From: an uncultured Actinomycetes bacterium
GTDB lineage: Bacteria > Actinomycetota > UBA4738 > HRBIN12
Assembly: GCA_963704885.1 (NCBI GenBank)
Contig: CAVPIB010000008.1
Span: forward strand, 47,654-111,653
DNA: 64,000 nt
Direction: 5' to 3'
Positions 37,825 through 48,346 of the stretch are shown here, piece by piece. The translations under genes were made by a program, and so were the position numbers. The notes beneath the pieces were generated by a model, which saw only the letters and a program-made list of their open reading frames with translations, was not told where the DNA came from and ran no database searches. Within the stretch, counting starts at the first letter, position 1, and the number at the start of each line of letters is the position of its first letter.

Positions 37825-39393
37825 TCAGGTTGCCAATGCGCCTCCGTCGGCGCGCGGGTCGCTGCCGACCTGGAACGTCCCGTCAGGCCTCCTCACGATC
37901 ATGTGTGCGTGGCCGACGGCTTCGTCGACATCCCTAAGGTTCTCGACGTGGAACCCGGCCTGCTGAAGCCGTTGCGTCGCAGCCGGAGCCATCCGACCCT
38001 CCGCGGTGGCCACCGGCGGGTCGTCCGCCTGGACCGTGAACCTCGGCGCGGCCACGGCCTCATCCGGCCGCATGCCCAGGTCGAACGTGCGGATCAGGTT
38101 CTGGGCGTTGATCTGGGGCTGCGCAGCGCCTCCCATGGTCCCCGCCACAGCGGCGAGCCGCCCCTCGCGGTGGACCAGGACCGGCATCAAGGTGTGGAAG
38201 GGGCGCTTCCCGGGAGCGATCTCGTTCGGGTGTCCTCGTACGAGGGTGAAACAGCCTCCGCGATCGTGGGCGATGATCCCGGTCTCGGGCTCCAGGATGC
38301 CCGAGCCGAAGCTGTCCCACAGGCTCTGGATCAGTGACACGGCCCAACCCTCATCGTCGGCAGTCACGAGCGCGATCGTGTCGCCGGTGCCACGCGGGCG
38401 CGTCGCCGTCCTCTGCGCGGCGCCGTCGCGGATCTCGTCGGCCAGTCCGGCCAGGTGCCCATCGTCGAGCAACGTAGAAGCGCGCACGGTCATGGTCGAC
38501 GGATCGGCGAGATGCCGGTCGCGATCACGGGAGGCGGCGGCGAACACGTGGGCCAGCGTCCCTACGTCGGACCCCATCGGATCGGGGTCGATCCCCAGGC
38601 GCTCGATGAGCGCGAGCATCTGGAGCAGCGCGAAGCCTTGGCTGTTGGGCGGCACGACCCGCACGTCCAGGTCTCGGTAGCGACCGATCAGCGGCGGTAC
38701 CAGCTCGGCGGTGTGCGACGCCAGGTCTTGGGTCGTCATCGGGGAGCCGGCCGCGCGCAGGCCGGCCGCGTAACGCTCGCCCAGCGTTCCCCCGTAGAGG
38801 GTCCCGGGTCCTTCGGATGCGAGCAGCTCCAGCGAAGCACCGAGCGCCGGTTGCCGCAAGAGCGCGCATCGGGCGAGAGGCTCGCCCTCGGCGAAGAACA
38901 CGTCGCGAACGCCGGCGTCTTCCTGCAACCGTGAGGCGTCGCGTTCCAGCGCCTTGGAGAGCGACCGCGGTACCGCCACGCCGCCATACGCGAGTGCGAT
39001 CGCCGCGCCGAAAGCCTCGCCCCAAGGCAACCGCGCTCCTTCGTCGTGCAAGGCCGACCAGCCGCTGACCGCGCCCGGAACGGTGACGGTGTCGGGCCCG
39101 AAGTCAGGCATTCTCGCGCCGTGCGCAGCACGCAGCGCTCGTACGTCGAGACCGGCCGGAGCTCGCCCGCTCGCGTTGATCGCCACCGTCTGCCCGTCGG
39201 GCCGTTGCACCAGTGCGAACAGGTCGCCGCCCACGCCACAGTTGTGCGGGTAGCCGACCGCGAGCGTGACCGCGGCTGCGAGCGCCGCGTCGAGGGCGTT
39301 CCCTCCACGTTCGAACGCCACAGCCCCGGCCTCGGTCGCGGTCGTGTGGGGCGCTGCGATAGCCCAGGACGTCCCGCTCGCCCTCCGCTCCAT
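37825..39393 (-). CDS. ggt: Gamma-glutamyltransferase family protein
   Basis: GGNALDAALA, GGDLF, TVPG, PPNSQG, GDT nucleophile, PGKRPFHTL, GTMGG..QPQ, DPRADG. Confidence 0.9.
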   Translation of the reverse strand: MERRASGTSWAIAAPHTTATEAGAVAFERGGNALDAALAAAVTLAVGYPHNCGVGGDLFALVQRPDGQTVAINASGRAPAGLDVRALRAAHGARMPDFGPDTVTVPGAVSGWSALHDEGARLPWGEAFGAAIALAYGGVAVPRSLSKALERDASRLQEDAGVRDVFFAEGEPLARCALLRQPALGASLELLASEGPGTLYGGTLGERYAAGLRAAGSPMTTQDLASHTAELVPPLIGRYRDLDVRVVPPNSQGFALLQMLALIERLGIDPDPMGSDVGTLAHVFAAASRDRDRHLADPSTMTVRASTLLDDGHLAGLADEIRDGAAQRTATRPRGTGDTIALVTADDEGWAVSLIQSLWDSFGSGILEPETGIIAHDRGGCFTLVRGHPNEIAPGKRPFHTLMPVLVHREGRLAAVAGTMGGAAQPQINAQNLIRTFDLGMRPDEAVAAPRFTVQADDPPVATAEGRMAPAATQRLQQAGFHVENLRDVDEAVGHAHMIVRRPDGTFQVGSDPRADGGALAT

Positions 39394-39440
39394 GCGTTCG
39401 AGTGTGGCAGGTCGGCGTCGGGCGAGCTGGAAACGAGCGG

Positions 39441-42400
39441 TCAGGCGCGGCTGGTGAGACCTCGGTAGCCGTCGGTGAAACCGGCCTCGCGTAGGGGCTC
39501 GGCGAGCGGCGACTCGGTGGCTGGCGATCCGTCGATCCTGGTGAGCTCGATCTTCTTCAGTCGGCCGTCCTTTGTGAGTGAGGCGAGCGCGTCCGTCCAG
39601 CCGCCGGGGCTCATCCCGAAGGTGAGCAGGCTGCGAGCCCCTCGCTCTAGGAACGCGGCCAGGGCACCGTCCAGCAGCACCACGAAGGACCCGGCCTGGC
39701 GCGACGGACGTCCAGCTCCCTCGGGCCAGGGCAGTCCGGCGCCGAACGGCTGCGCTGGATCGGTGGCTGCGAGAACGATCGCGGCCGATCCGCGCTCGTC
39801 GCTGGGGTCACGCATCGCCCGGAGCCGATCCACCGCCCCCGGGACGGCGAACTGCGCGGCGCCCAACCCGGCCACGAAGTAGCCGCGCCGGACCTTCCCC
39901 GAATCCTCCAGCGCCTTCAGCACGCCATAGACGCCGGCGAACCCGCCCGGTACCCCTTCGGCCAGCACGGCCTCGCGGGTGAGTACGCCGTGTCGATCCA
40001 GCAGCTGCAGCGCTCGGGCGTGGGCGATCTCCGTGGGGGTCGCCGCCGGTTGTAGGAGCGGGGCCACCAGGGACCATCGGCCGGCGCCCGCGGGTGGCCC
40101 CGCGCGGCGAAGCGCTCCCGGCCGGGCTTTGGCGCCGCCGCGTGGGGAGCGCGAGCGCCTGGCGACCAGGGCCCGCAGCGGTGCCAGCGTGTCGTTGGTG
40201 ACCTCTCCGGCCCAGACCAAGTCCCAGAGCGCGCCGAGCACCAGGTGCTCATCGGCCGTGCCCGCGGCCTGCACCAGCTCGGGCCAGAATGAGGCGCCGC
40301 GATCTTGCAGGTGCCCGCGGATCGCCCGGTGGGCGTCGCCGTCCGGCGCGTCGTCGAGCGGCATCGGCGCCAGCGGCCGGATCTGATCGCGGAAGAAGAG
40401 CGAGACGCGTCCGTCGTCGGCGCCGAGCGCCCCCGCTCCTACCCACACCAGGTCGCCGGCCGCGCACAGTGCATCCAGGTCCGCTGGGCGGAAGCCACGG
40501 ACGCGTGCTGGCAGGACGTCGTGCTCCAGGATGGATGCCGGGATGGCCGCGCCCTGCAGCCGGCCGATCGCGTCGATCAGCGCGTTCGGTCCACCTGAGG
40601 GGGTCACGGCGCCCTGCCATGCGGGCAGGAACCTTCCCAGGGTGGCCGCGTCGACCGGTTCCACCTCCTTGCGGAGCGCGGCGAGCGACCTGCGCCGAAG
40701 CCGCCGCAAGATGCCGGGGTCGCACCACTCCCGCTCCACCCCGCCCGGGCGGAACTCTCCGTGCACCACGCGGCCCTCCGACTCGAGCGCCTCGAGTGCC
40801 CCCCGCATGCGTTCCGGGGAGGCGCCCATGCGCGCTGCCACCTGGGTGGCCAGGAAGGGCGCGTGGGTCCGGGCGTAACGGGCCACCAGCCCTTCGAGCG
40901 GTCGGTCGGTGGGCTCGGTGAACACCGCCGGGAGTCCGATCCGCAGCGCGACGCCCAGCGCGTCACGCAGCCGGGCCGCGTCCTCGATCGCCGCCAAGCG
41001 TGCCTCACCCGCCACGCGAACGCGGATCGCCCGCCCGTCGCCGAGCAGTCGTTCGATCCATGCCGACGGCTCCTGGTCTGCGCGCACCGCGATCTCGCGC
41101 TCGGTCAGATCGCCGACCGTCCGCAGGAGATCGTGAAGGTCGTCAACGTTGCGCGCCCGGCGGCCCTCGATCAGGCCCTGAAGCTCCAACTCAAGCTCAT
41201 CCAGCGCGGCGGGGTCTAACAGCTCGCGCAGCTCCTCCTCGCCCAGCAGCTCGCGCAGCAGGTCGGGGTCGAGAGCCAGTGCTGCGGCTCGTCGCTCCGC
41301 GAGCGGGGCGTCGCCTTCGTACATGTAGACCGCGACCCAGCCGAACAGGAGCGACTGGGCGAACGGCGACGCGTGTTCGGTGTCGACCGCCACCAGCCGC
41401 GTCCTGCGCGAGCGAAGGTCGGCCATCACCTCGCGGAGCGCAGGCACATCGAACACGTCGCGCAGGCACTCACGGGTGGCCTCCAGCAGCATCGGGAACG
41501 TTGGGTGCTTGGCCGCGGCCGTCAGGAGGTCCGCCGACCGTTGACGCTGCTGCCAGAGCGGCGTGCGTTGACCCGGCCGGCGGCGGGGGAGCAGGAGCGC
41601 TCGCGCCGACGCTTCGCGGAACACGCTCGCGAACATCGCCGTGCCGGGCAGCAGGCGCATCACCTCGTCCTCCACGTCGTCTGGATCGAATAGCAGGTCG
41701 TCGAGCGGGAGGTGGTCCTCGGCCTCGGGGAGGCGGATCACGATGCCGTCGTCGCTCCAGAGCACCTGCGCGCCGGGGCCGATCCGTTCGGCCAGTCGCG
41801 CCTCGATCGCCAGGCCCCAGGGAGCGTGGACCCGTTTGCCGAACGGCGAGAGCACGCACAGGCGCCAGTCGCCGAGCTCGTCGCGGAACCGCTCGACCAC
41901 GATCGTGCGGTCGTCCGGGATGGCCCCGGTCACTTCGCGTTGATCGTCGAGATACCTGACCAGGTTCTCCGACGCGAGGGTATCTAGGCCCACGTCGTCG
42001 CGGAGCCGGCTAAGCGCCTCTTCGCGCCCAGCGGCCGCGACCTCGCGCGTGAACGTGCCCAGCGCGCGCCCCAGCTCGAGGGGGCGTCCCGGCTTGTCGC
42101 CCTTCCAGAACGGCATCTTGCCGGGCTCGCCCGGGGCGGAAGTCACGACCACCCGCTCACGGGTGATGTCCTCGATCCGCCATGAGCTGGCACCAAGAAC
42201 GAACACCTCGCCTCGACGGCTCTCGTAGACCATCTCCTCGTCCAGCTCGCCCACGCGTGTCCCGTCGGGCAGGAAGACGCCGAACAACCCACGGTCGGGG
42301 ATGGTGCCGCCGCTCGTGATGGCCAGGCTCCCGGCGCCGTCGCGAGCGCGGACCGTGCCGGCCGCACGGTCCCAGACCAGGCGCGGGCGCAGCCCGGCGA

Positions 42401-43856
42401 AGTCGTCGCTCGGGTAGCGGCCGGCCAACATGTCCAGGACGGCGGTGAAGACCGCGTCGGACAGGTCCGAGAAGTTCGCGGTCTGCCTGACGACCGCTGC
42501 AAGGTCGTCCACGGCCCACTCTTCGACCGCGCACATCGCCACCAGCTGCTGCGCCAAGACGTCGAGCGGGTCGCGCGGGTAGCGCGTCTCCTCGATCAGG
42601 CCTTCGCGCATGCGCTGTGTGACGACCGCAGCTTCGAGCAGATCGCCGCGGAACTTGGGGAAGATCTTCCCTCGGCTGGGTTCGCCGACCTGGTGGCCGG
42701 CCCGGCCGATCCGCTGAAGGCCACTCGCGACCGATCCCGGCGACTCCACCTGGATCACCAGATCGACCGCGCCCATGTCGATCCCGAGTTCCAGCGACGA
42801 GGTGGCGACGATGCCGCGCAACCGGCCTTCCTTCAGCGCGTCCTCGACCTCCGTGCGCTGTTCGCGGGCGAGCGAACCGTGATGGGCACGGACCAGGTCC
42901 TCTCCCGCGAGCTCGTTCAGCCGGGCCGCCAGCCGCTCGGCCATCCGCCGCGCGTTCACGAAGACGATCGTGGAGCGATGCGTACGGATCAGGTCCAGGA
43001 GCTGTGGGTGGATGGCCGGCCAGATTGACGCCACCGCGGGAGAACGACCGTCGGTCGAGGGCCCCAGCAGTTTGGGAGCGGGCCCGGTCTGTTCGGCGAT
43101 GGCTCCGAGCTCGGACATGTCCTCTACCGGGACCACCACCTCGATCTCCATGGCCTTTCGATGTCCGGTGTCGACGATCGTCACGGGACGGGGCCCCGCT
43201 TTCGTCTGTCCTCCCAGGAAGCGCGCGATCTCCTCCAGCGGCCGCTGGGTGGCGGATAGGCCGATGCGCTGCGGCGGCGTCTCGGTCAACCGTTCCAGGC
43301 GTTCGAGCGAGAGCGCAAGGTGCGCCCCTCGTTTCGTGGCCGCCACGGCGTGGATCTCATCGACGATCACACAGCGAACGCCCCGAAGTGTCTCCCTGGC
43401 GGCGGACGTCAGCATCAGGTACAGCGACTCCGGCGTGGTGATCAAGATGTCCGGCGGCCGCTTGAGCATGGTCCGGCGCTCGTTCGCGGGCGTGTCGCCT
43501 GTGCGGATCCCGACCACGGGATGGTGGGCGAGCGGCGCCCCGTCGCGTTCGGCCGCGTGCTCGATCCCCGCCAGCGGCGCGCGGAGGTTCTTCTCGACGT
43601 CGACGGCGAGCGCGCGGAGCGGTGAGATGTACAACACCCGGGTGCGCAGATCGGGCGGAGGCGGTGGCTCCGTGGTCAGGCGGTCGATCGCCCACAGGAA
43701 GGCGGCGAGGGTCTTCCCGGAGCCGGTAGGCGCGAGGATCAACGTGTGCTCACCGCGTGCTATCGCGGCCCATCCCTGGCTCTGGGCCGGAGTGGGTTCG
43801 TCGAACGTGGCTCCGAACCACGTCCTGGCCGCGGGGGAGAAGACGTCGAGCGTCAC
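39441..43856 (-). CDS. lhr: Lhr-family DEAD/H ATP-dependent helicase (full length)
   Basis: APTGSGKT, DEIH, SAT, HHGSL, LELGIDMG, QRIGRAGH, Lhr core and C-terminal RRGYFV/DPA motifs. Confidence 0.95.
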   Translation of the reverse strand: MTLDVFSPAARTWFGATFDEPTPAQSQGWAAIARGEHTLILAPTGSGKTLAAFLWAIDRLTTEPPPPPDLRTRVLYISPLRALAVDVEKNLRAPLAGIEHAAERDGAPLAHHPVVGIRTGDTPANERRTMLKRPPDILITTPESLYLMLTSAARETLRGVRCVIVDEIHAVAATKRGAHLALSLERLERLTETPPQRIGLSATQRPLEEIARFLGGQTKAGPRPVTIVDTGHRKAMEIEVVVPVEDMSELGAIAEQTGPAPKLLGPSTDGRSPAVASIWPAIHPQLLDLIRTHRSTIVFVNARRMAERLAARLNELAGEDLVRAHHGSLAREQRTEVEDALKEGRLRGIVATSSLELGIDMGAVDLVIQVESPGSVASGLQRIGRAGHQVGEPSRGKIFPKFRGDLLEAAVVTQRMREGLIEETRYPRDPLDVLAQQLVAMCAVEEWAVDDLAAVVRQTANFSDLSDAVFTAVLDMLAGRYPSDDFAGLRPRLVWDRAAGTVRARDGAGSLAITSGGTIPDRGLFGVFLPDGTRVGELDEEMVYESRRGEVFVLGASSWRIEDITRERVVVTSAPGEPGKMPFWKGDKPGRPLELGRALGTFTREVAAAGREEALSRLRDDVGLDTLASENLVRYLDDQREVTGAIPDDRTIVVERFRDELGDWRLCVLSPFGKRVHAPWGLAIEARLAERIGPGAQVLWSDDGIVIRLPEAEDHLPLDDLLFDPDDVEDEVMRLLPGTAMFASVFREASARALLLPRRRPGQRTPLWQQRQRSADLLTAAAKHPTFPMLLEATRECLRDVFDVPALREVMADLRSRRTRLVAVDTEHASPFAQSLLFGWVAVYMYEGDAPLAERRAAALALDPDLLRELLGEEELRELLDPAALDELELELQGLIEGRRARNVDDLHDLLRTVGDLTEREIAVRADQEPSAWIERLLGDGRAIRVRVAGEARLAAIEDAARLRDALGVALRIGLPAVFTEPTDRPLEGLVARYARTHAPFLATQVAARMGASPERMRGALEALESEGRVVHGEFRPGGVEREWCDPGILRRLRRRSLAALRKEVEPVDAATLGRFLPAWQGAVTPSGGPNALIDAIGRLQGAAIPASILEHDVLPARVRGFRPADLDALCAAGDLVWVGAGALGADDGRVSLFFRDQIRPLAPMPLDDAPDGDAHRAIRGHLQDRGASFWPELVQAAGTADEHLVLGALWDLVWAGEVTNDTLAPLRALVARRSRSPRGGAKARPGALRRAGPPAGAGRWSLVAPLLQPAATPTEIAHARALQLLDRHGVLTREAVLAEGVPGGFAGVYGVLKALEDSGKVRRGYFVAGLGAAQFAVPGAVDRLRAMRDPSDERGSAAIVLAATDPAQPFGAGLPWPEGAGRPSRQAGSFVVLLDGALAAFLERGARSLLTFGMSPGGWTDALASLTKDGRLKKIELTRIDGSPATESPLAEPLREAGFTDGYRGLTSRA

Positions 43857-43913
43857 GCCGACACCGTACCCGGAGGGGCCGACGCGCGTGGAGGCCCGGC
43901 TAGGATGCCGCTC

Positions 43914-44903
43914 ATGCTCCGTTCCGAACGATCGCGTCGGATCACGCGTCTCGCGTGGGCCGTGCTGATAGCGGCGGTCGTGCTGGCGTCCGCGCCGCCG
44001 GCGTTCGCGGCCTCGGGATCGGTGTCCGCGAGCCCTTCTCCAGCCTCACCGGGTCCCGCTTTCGGCGGGGCGGGGGATCAGGTGGTGCTCCTCGGCCGTG
44101 TGGTGGTTCCGAGGGGTCAGTCGGTGGGGGAGGTGGTGGTCTTCTCCGGCCGGGCGATCGTGGAGGGCGTCGTCCGAGGAGACGTGGTCGTGCTTGAAGG
44201 GCCGATCACGGTGAGCGGTCAGGTTAGCGGGAGCGTGATCGCGCTCGGTGGCTCGATCCGATTGCTGGAGGGCGCCCAGGTCGGCGGCGACGTGTTGGCG
44301 CAGGACACGGTCCAGGTGGGGGACGACGTGCAGGTGGCCGGCTCCATCCGCGAGGACGTCGCCTTCAACCTGAGCGGACCGCTCCGTGCCGTGGGCGTGT
44401 TCCTCTCCTGGTTGGCCGTGGCGGCGTCCACGCTGATCCTCGGCCTGCTGTTCTCGTTCCTGGCACCACAGGCGCTGGAGCGAACCACGGCGGCCGGGCG
44501 AACTGCCCCATGGGCGAGTGCCGGGTGGGGCGTGGCGATCGCCGTCGGCGTGCCGGTCCTCTCGACGGGGCTGGTGGCGTTGGTCTTGGGATTGCCGCTC
44601 GGGCTGGCCGCGCTGCTGGCGATCGGACTGCTGATGCTCATCGGCGTGGTCATCACGGCTCACCTGGCGGGACGCCTGCTACTCGGCGACGAGCGAGCGA
44701 CAGCCACCGCTTTCCTGGCCGGATGGGGGATCGCGACCGTCGTCGGGGTGATCCCCTTCGTGAGCGGCGTGGTGTTCGGCCTGGCGGCGGTGTTCGGGCT
44801 GGGCGAGGCCTCTGTCGCGATCTGGCGGGCCCGTGCGCCGGAAAGTGCGGGACGTCACCGGGCGCGGCCTACCGGCCGCGCCCGAACGTCGAGTCCTTCG
44901 TGA
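43914..44903 (+). CDS. Membrane protein with bactofilin-like (polymer-forming) beta-helix repeats
   Basis: Signal peptide, VEGVVRGDVVV/GQVSGSVIA/VGGDV repeats, several C-terminal TMs; TAGGAT 7 nt upstream of ATG 43914. Confidence 0.7.
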   Translation: MLRSERSRRITRLAWAVLIAAVVLASAPPAFAASGSVSASPSPASPGPAFGGAGDQVVLLGRVVVPRGQSVGEVVVFSGRAIVEGVVRGDVVVLEGPITVSGQVSGSVIALGGSIRLLEGAQVGGDVLAQDTVQVGDDVQVAGSIREDVAFNLSGPLRAVGVFLSWLAVAASTLILGLLFSFLAPQALERTTAAGRTAPWASAGWGVAIAVGVPVLSTGLVALVLGLPLGLAALLAIGLLMLIGVVITAHLAGRLLLGDERATATAFLAGWGIATVVGVIPFVSGVVFGLAAVFGLGEASVAIWRARAPESAGRHRARPTGRARTSSPS

Positions 44904-47754
44904 ACCGCGCCACCGTCAGCAGATCGCCGTTGACGTAGGCGTTCCACCACGAGAAGAGCCGGCTCATCAACGAGACGCACGGCGGTCCCGTGTGCTTCCA
45001 CCCACCGCACCAGGACAGGCGGTCCGTGAACGATCCGGTCGTGTCGTCCACGTACGAGACCTTGAGGGGGTCTCGCCCCCAACCCACGACCGACCAGTTG
45101 TCCAGGAATACAGCCGTGACCGGGTTCGAGGGACCGTACCCCGGAGGGATCGTGATCGAGACCAGGCTGCCGAAGATCCCCTTGGGCGCCGGGTAGCTCA
45201 CGCCGTTCACTCCCACACGCATGCACGCGAACGCGCCGCCGCACGGTCGTTCCGTGATCGTCACCGGCCCGCCGGAGCCGCCGCCGGGGAGGCCCACCAG
45301 CGCCACGGTGGGGTCCGCCTTCGTGGCGACCGGCTTGCCCCGCACCCACTGGGTGGCATCGGTGATCCAGGTCGTCGCGGCAGAGGCGGGAACGTATCCG
45401 GCCGCGAAGTCGGGCCGGCGGGGGAGCACCGTGGTGGCTACGTCGAGCGAGTCGTTGCCGGGCATACCGTCTCCGGTCGCCGCGACCGCGAACCCGTCGT
45501 GGATCGTCGTTTCGACATCGACCTTCGGCGTCTGCGTGACGATGAGGACGCTGGCCTCGTCTCCGCTCGCCAAGTCACCGAGGGCGCACGACACGACTCC
45601 GAGCGTCGCGCCGCACGACGGATCGGAGCCTGTAGCTACGAACGTCTCGCCCAGGGCGAGGGCATCGGTGAGCACCGCGCCCGACACCGTGTCGGGGCCC
45701 AGGTTAGTGACGGTGGCCGTGTAGCCGACGTCGTATCCGCCGGTCACCGGGTTCGGTGTGTTGGCGACCGCCGTCAGTGCCAGGTCGACCTCGTCGCCGG
45801 GGGGCGCCGCGGCGGGCATCACCGTGGTCGACACCGCCGGTGACGTGTCGTCGTCCGGGTTCTGGTCGGTCCGATCGGAGGTCGCCGACGCGGTGTTCTC
45901 TACCGTCAGGGGTTCGGGTGAAGCGAGCGGGTCGGCCTGCACCTGCAGGTCCACAGAGGCGCTCGCGCCGGCGTCCAGCGCGCCCATGTCGCAGGTCAAC
46001 ACACCTGCCGACTGGGCACAGGTCCCGGCGCTCGGCGTGGCGCCCAGGTACGTCAGTCCCGAGGGAAGGTTGTCGGTCAGCACGACGCCGAGGGCTTGGT
46101 CGGGACCGGAGTTCGACACGCCGATCACGTAGGAGAACACGTCTCCCTCGGTGACCGAACCGGGTCCATCCTTCGTCACCGACAGGTCGACCCGGCGAGG
46201 TCGCGCGGTGCTGCCGATGCCGGTCGAGTTGTCGAACGGATCGGGGTCGTCGGTCGGCGAGCTCACGGAGGCCTGATCCGTCATGATCAAGACGCCGTTC
46301 ACGTCGTTCACCGTGCCGACGATCGTCACCGTGACGTCGTTGGCATCGCCGGGATCCACGATGCCCAGGTTGCACGAGACGGTCTGCATCACGCCCGCGC
46401 ACGAGCCGGCGCTCGCCGTGGCCGAGGCCAGGTTGACGCCCAGCGGGAGGTCATTCGTGAATGTGACGTCGGTGGCGGGATCCGGGCCGTCGTTGTGGAC
46501 GGTCAAGCTGTAGGTGATCGAACCGTTGCCCGCGACGGGATCGGGCGCGACGCTGCCCCACACCGACAGATCGGCGGAGTTACCGCCCGACGAGGCGACC
46601 ACCGGCACGCAGCCGGAGAACTCCGACGTGTTCCCCGCTCCCGACGCATCCGTTGCCGTGGCCGTGATGGCGTCGCCGTCGTTCGTGGCGTCGAGCCCGT
46701 TCGCCGTGAACGCGAACGTCCCAGGCGAGCTTTGATCGACTGCGGGGACGGAGATCGAACCGATGGGGGCGGCGCCTTCGCCGAACCCACCGGGCGAAGG
46801 CATGTCGTCGCAGGAGGGACTCGTGAAGAACTCGACCACGAACGCACCGGCCGGAGTGGGACCGGTTGGGACGGTGAGCGACCCGGTGACGCTTGTCCCG
46901 GCGGCGTCGGTCGAGGCGTCCGTGAGATCGGGCATGTGCTGGAGGTCGTTGCCTCCTAGGCCCGGCCCGCTGGCGCCGTTCGGCGTTACGCCGTCTCCGC
47001 CGGGGGAGCCCCCGGTCGCCACCAGGTCGATGCCGAGGCCGCCGTTCGCCGACAGGCGGTTCCCGCGGATCGCGACCTGTCGCGCCGCGGAGCCCACAAG
47101 GACGCCAGCGCCCATGTTGTTCATCACGATGTTGTCCGAGATGGTGGAAGCCGATGAGCCTGTCGATGCGATCGCGATCCCCGCCCCGCCGTTGCCTTGA
47201 ACCGCGGTCCCCACGGCGTTGGTCCCGATCGCGTTGCACGTGATACCGGTCCCAGATGCCACACCCGACACCGACACGCCGTCGCCTTCGAACCGGCGGA
47301 TCACGAGGCCGCTGATCGTGGTTCCCACGCCATCGGTGACCGATAGGCCTGCCGCTCCGGGGCCCGCGCTGGAGCCCTCCAGACGGACCATGAGGGTGGG
47401 CGGCCAGCTGGCGCAGTCCACGGAGCCCGGCTGCGTCAACGCGTCAACCGTTACCTGTTCGGTGATCGCCGGCAGCGGCGTGAGCGGGGTGATCGTCATG
47501 CCCCCGAACCCGTTCGAGAATGAGATGAGATCGGCGCCGGGGTTGGCATTAGCGTCGAGGATCGCCTGGCGGAACGTGCCTGGTCCCGCGTCACCGGGGT
47601 CGGTGACCACGAAGCTCGCCGCGCTCGCGGATGTCGCAGGGAGCAAGAGCAACCCCGAGACGAGCGTCAGACAGAGCACGGCGCTCCACGCGCGTGAGCG
47701 CGGGAGCGCACGTCCGACGGCGGGACGGCCGGCAGCGGATGACAAGTCCTTCAA
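44869..47754 (-). CDS. Large secreted surface protein: parallel beta-helix plus three DUF11 Ig-like repeats
   Basis: Signal peptide; GPGTFRQAILDANAN, NGGLGIDL, GNTSEFS; three (A/V)DL...Y...N.GPD units; start codon uncertain. Confidence 0.85.
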   Translation of the reverse strand: MKDLSSAAGRPAVGRALPRSRAWSAVLCLTLVSGLLLLPATSASAASFVVTDPGDAGPGTFRQAILDANANPGADLISFSNGFGGMTITPLTPLPAITEQVTVDALTQPGSVDCASWPPTLMVRLEGSSAGPGAAGLSVTDGVGTTISGLVIRRFEGDGVSVSGVASGTGITCNAIGTNAVGTAVQGNGGAGIAIASTGSSASTISDNIVMNNMGAGVLVGSAARQVAIRGNRLSANGGLGIDLVATGGSPGGDGVTPNGASGPGLGGNDLQHMPDLTDASTDAAGTSVTGSLTVPTGPTPAGAFVVEFFTSPSCDDMPSPGGFGEGAAPIGSISVPAVDQSSPGTFAFTANGLDATNDGDAITATATDASGAGNTSEFSGCVPVVASSGGNSADLSVWGSVAPDPVAGNGSITYSLTVHNDGPDPATDVTFTNDLPLGVNLASATASAGSCAGVMQTVSCNLGIVDPGDANDVTVTIVGTVNDVNGVLIMTDQASVSSPTDDPDPFDNSTGIGSTARPRRVDLSVTKDGPGSVTEGDVFSYVIGVSNSGPDQALGVVLTDNLPSGLTYLGATPSAGTCAQSAGVLTCDMGALDAGASASVDLQVQADPLASPEPLTVENTASATSDRTDQNPDDDTSPAVSTTVMPAAAPPGDEVDLALTAVANTPNPVTGGYDVGYTATVTNLGPDTVSGAVLTDALALGETFVATGSDPSCGATLGVVSCALGDLASGDEASVLIVTQTPKVDVETTIHDGFAVAATGDGMPGNDSLDVATTVLPRRPDFAAGYVPASAATTWITDATQWVRGKPVATKADPTVALVGLPGGGSGGPVTITERPCGGAFACMRVGVNGVSYPAPKGIFGSLVSITIPPGYGPSNPVTAVFLDNWSVVGWGRDPLKVSYVDDTTGSFTDRLSWCGGWKHTGPPCVSLMSRLFSWWNAYVNGDLLTVARFTKDSTFGRGR

Positions 47755-47947
47755 CTCCCTCCGTTCCCCCTCACGGCAGATATCGGTCGGAGAGGAGACG
47801 TTTCTGGAGTGCTGTGGCGCAACCTTCTAGAAGACCGACCTCGGCCCTAGTCCGACCAGCTCACCACCGACCCCCTAGCGGGGCGATGCGTCAGACGATG
47901 AGGCGACGTGCCGAACCATATGTGTGCGCAGGCCCGAGCGATGACGG

Positions 47948-48214
47948 TCAGCGGCGGGGCGTCTGCTGTGCCAGCCACGTCCGGAGGTTCTCGATGTGCT
48001 GCCGTGCTTCGACGCCGTGAGGACACGTGAGCGGCTCCTCGCAAGGAGGGTTGCCCTCCATCGTGAAGAAGTTGAAACGGCAGTCCGGGCAGTAGACATC
48101 AAGCTCGTCCGGCAGGTACGGGCAGTCACCCCAGGCGCACGATCGCTGTCCCTCGCCCGTGCCCAGATCGAGGCTGCACCCCGGACATTGACTGAAGCCT
48201 TCCCATCGCGGCAC
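47948..48214 (-). CDS. Small Cys-rich protein (88 aa) with internally duplicated Cys4 motif
   Basis: GTG 48214 after AAGGAGG; CPGC..TGEG..C..CP repeated as CPDC..TMEG..C..CP. Confidence 0.75.
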   Translation of the reverse strand: MPRWEGFSQCPGCSLDLGTGEGQRSCAWGDCPYLPDELDVYCPDCRFNFFTMEGNPPCEEPLTCPHGVEARQHIENLRTWLAQQTPRR

Positions 48215-48346
48215 GGTCGTCGCCTCCTTCGGGTCTGTGGTAGCGCGGAGCAGGCTCCGAGCGAGAGGGCCGGAAGACCCGTAGTCGAAGGGCATGGCGG
48301 ATCGGAACACGCTTCGCGGAGCGGGCGGGGCGTATCCTTACTGGCC

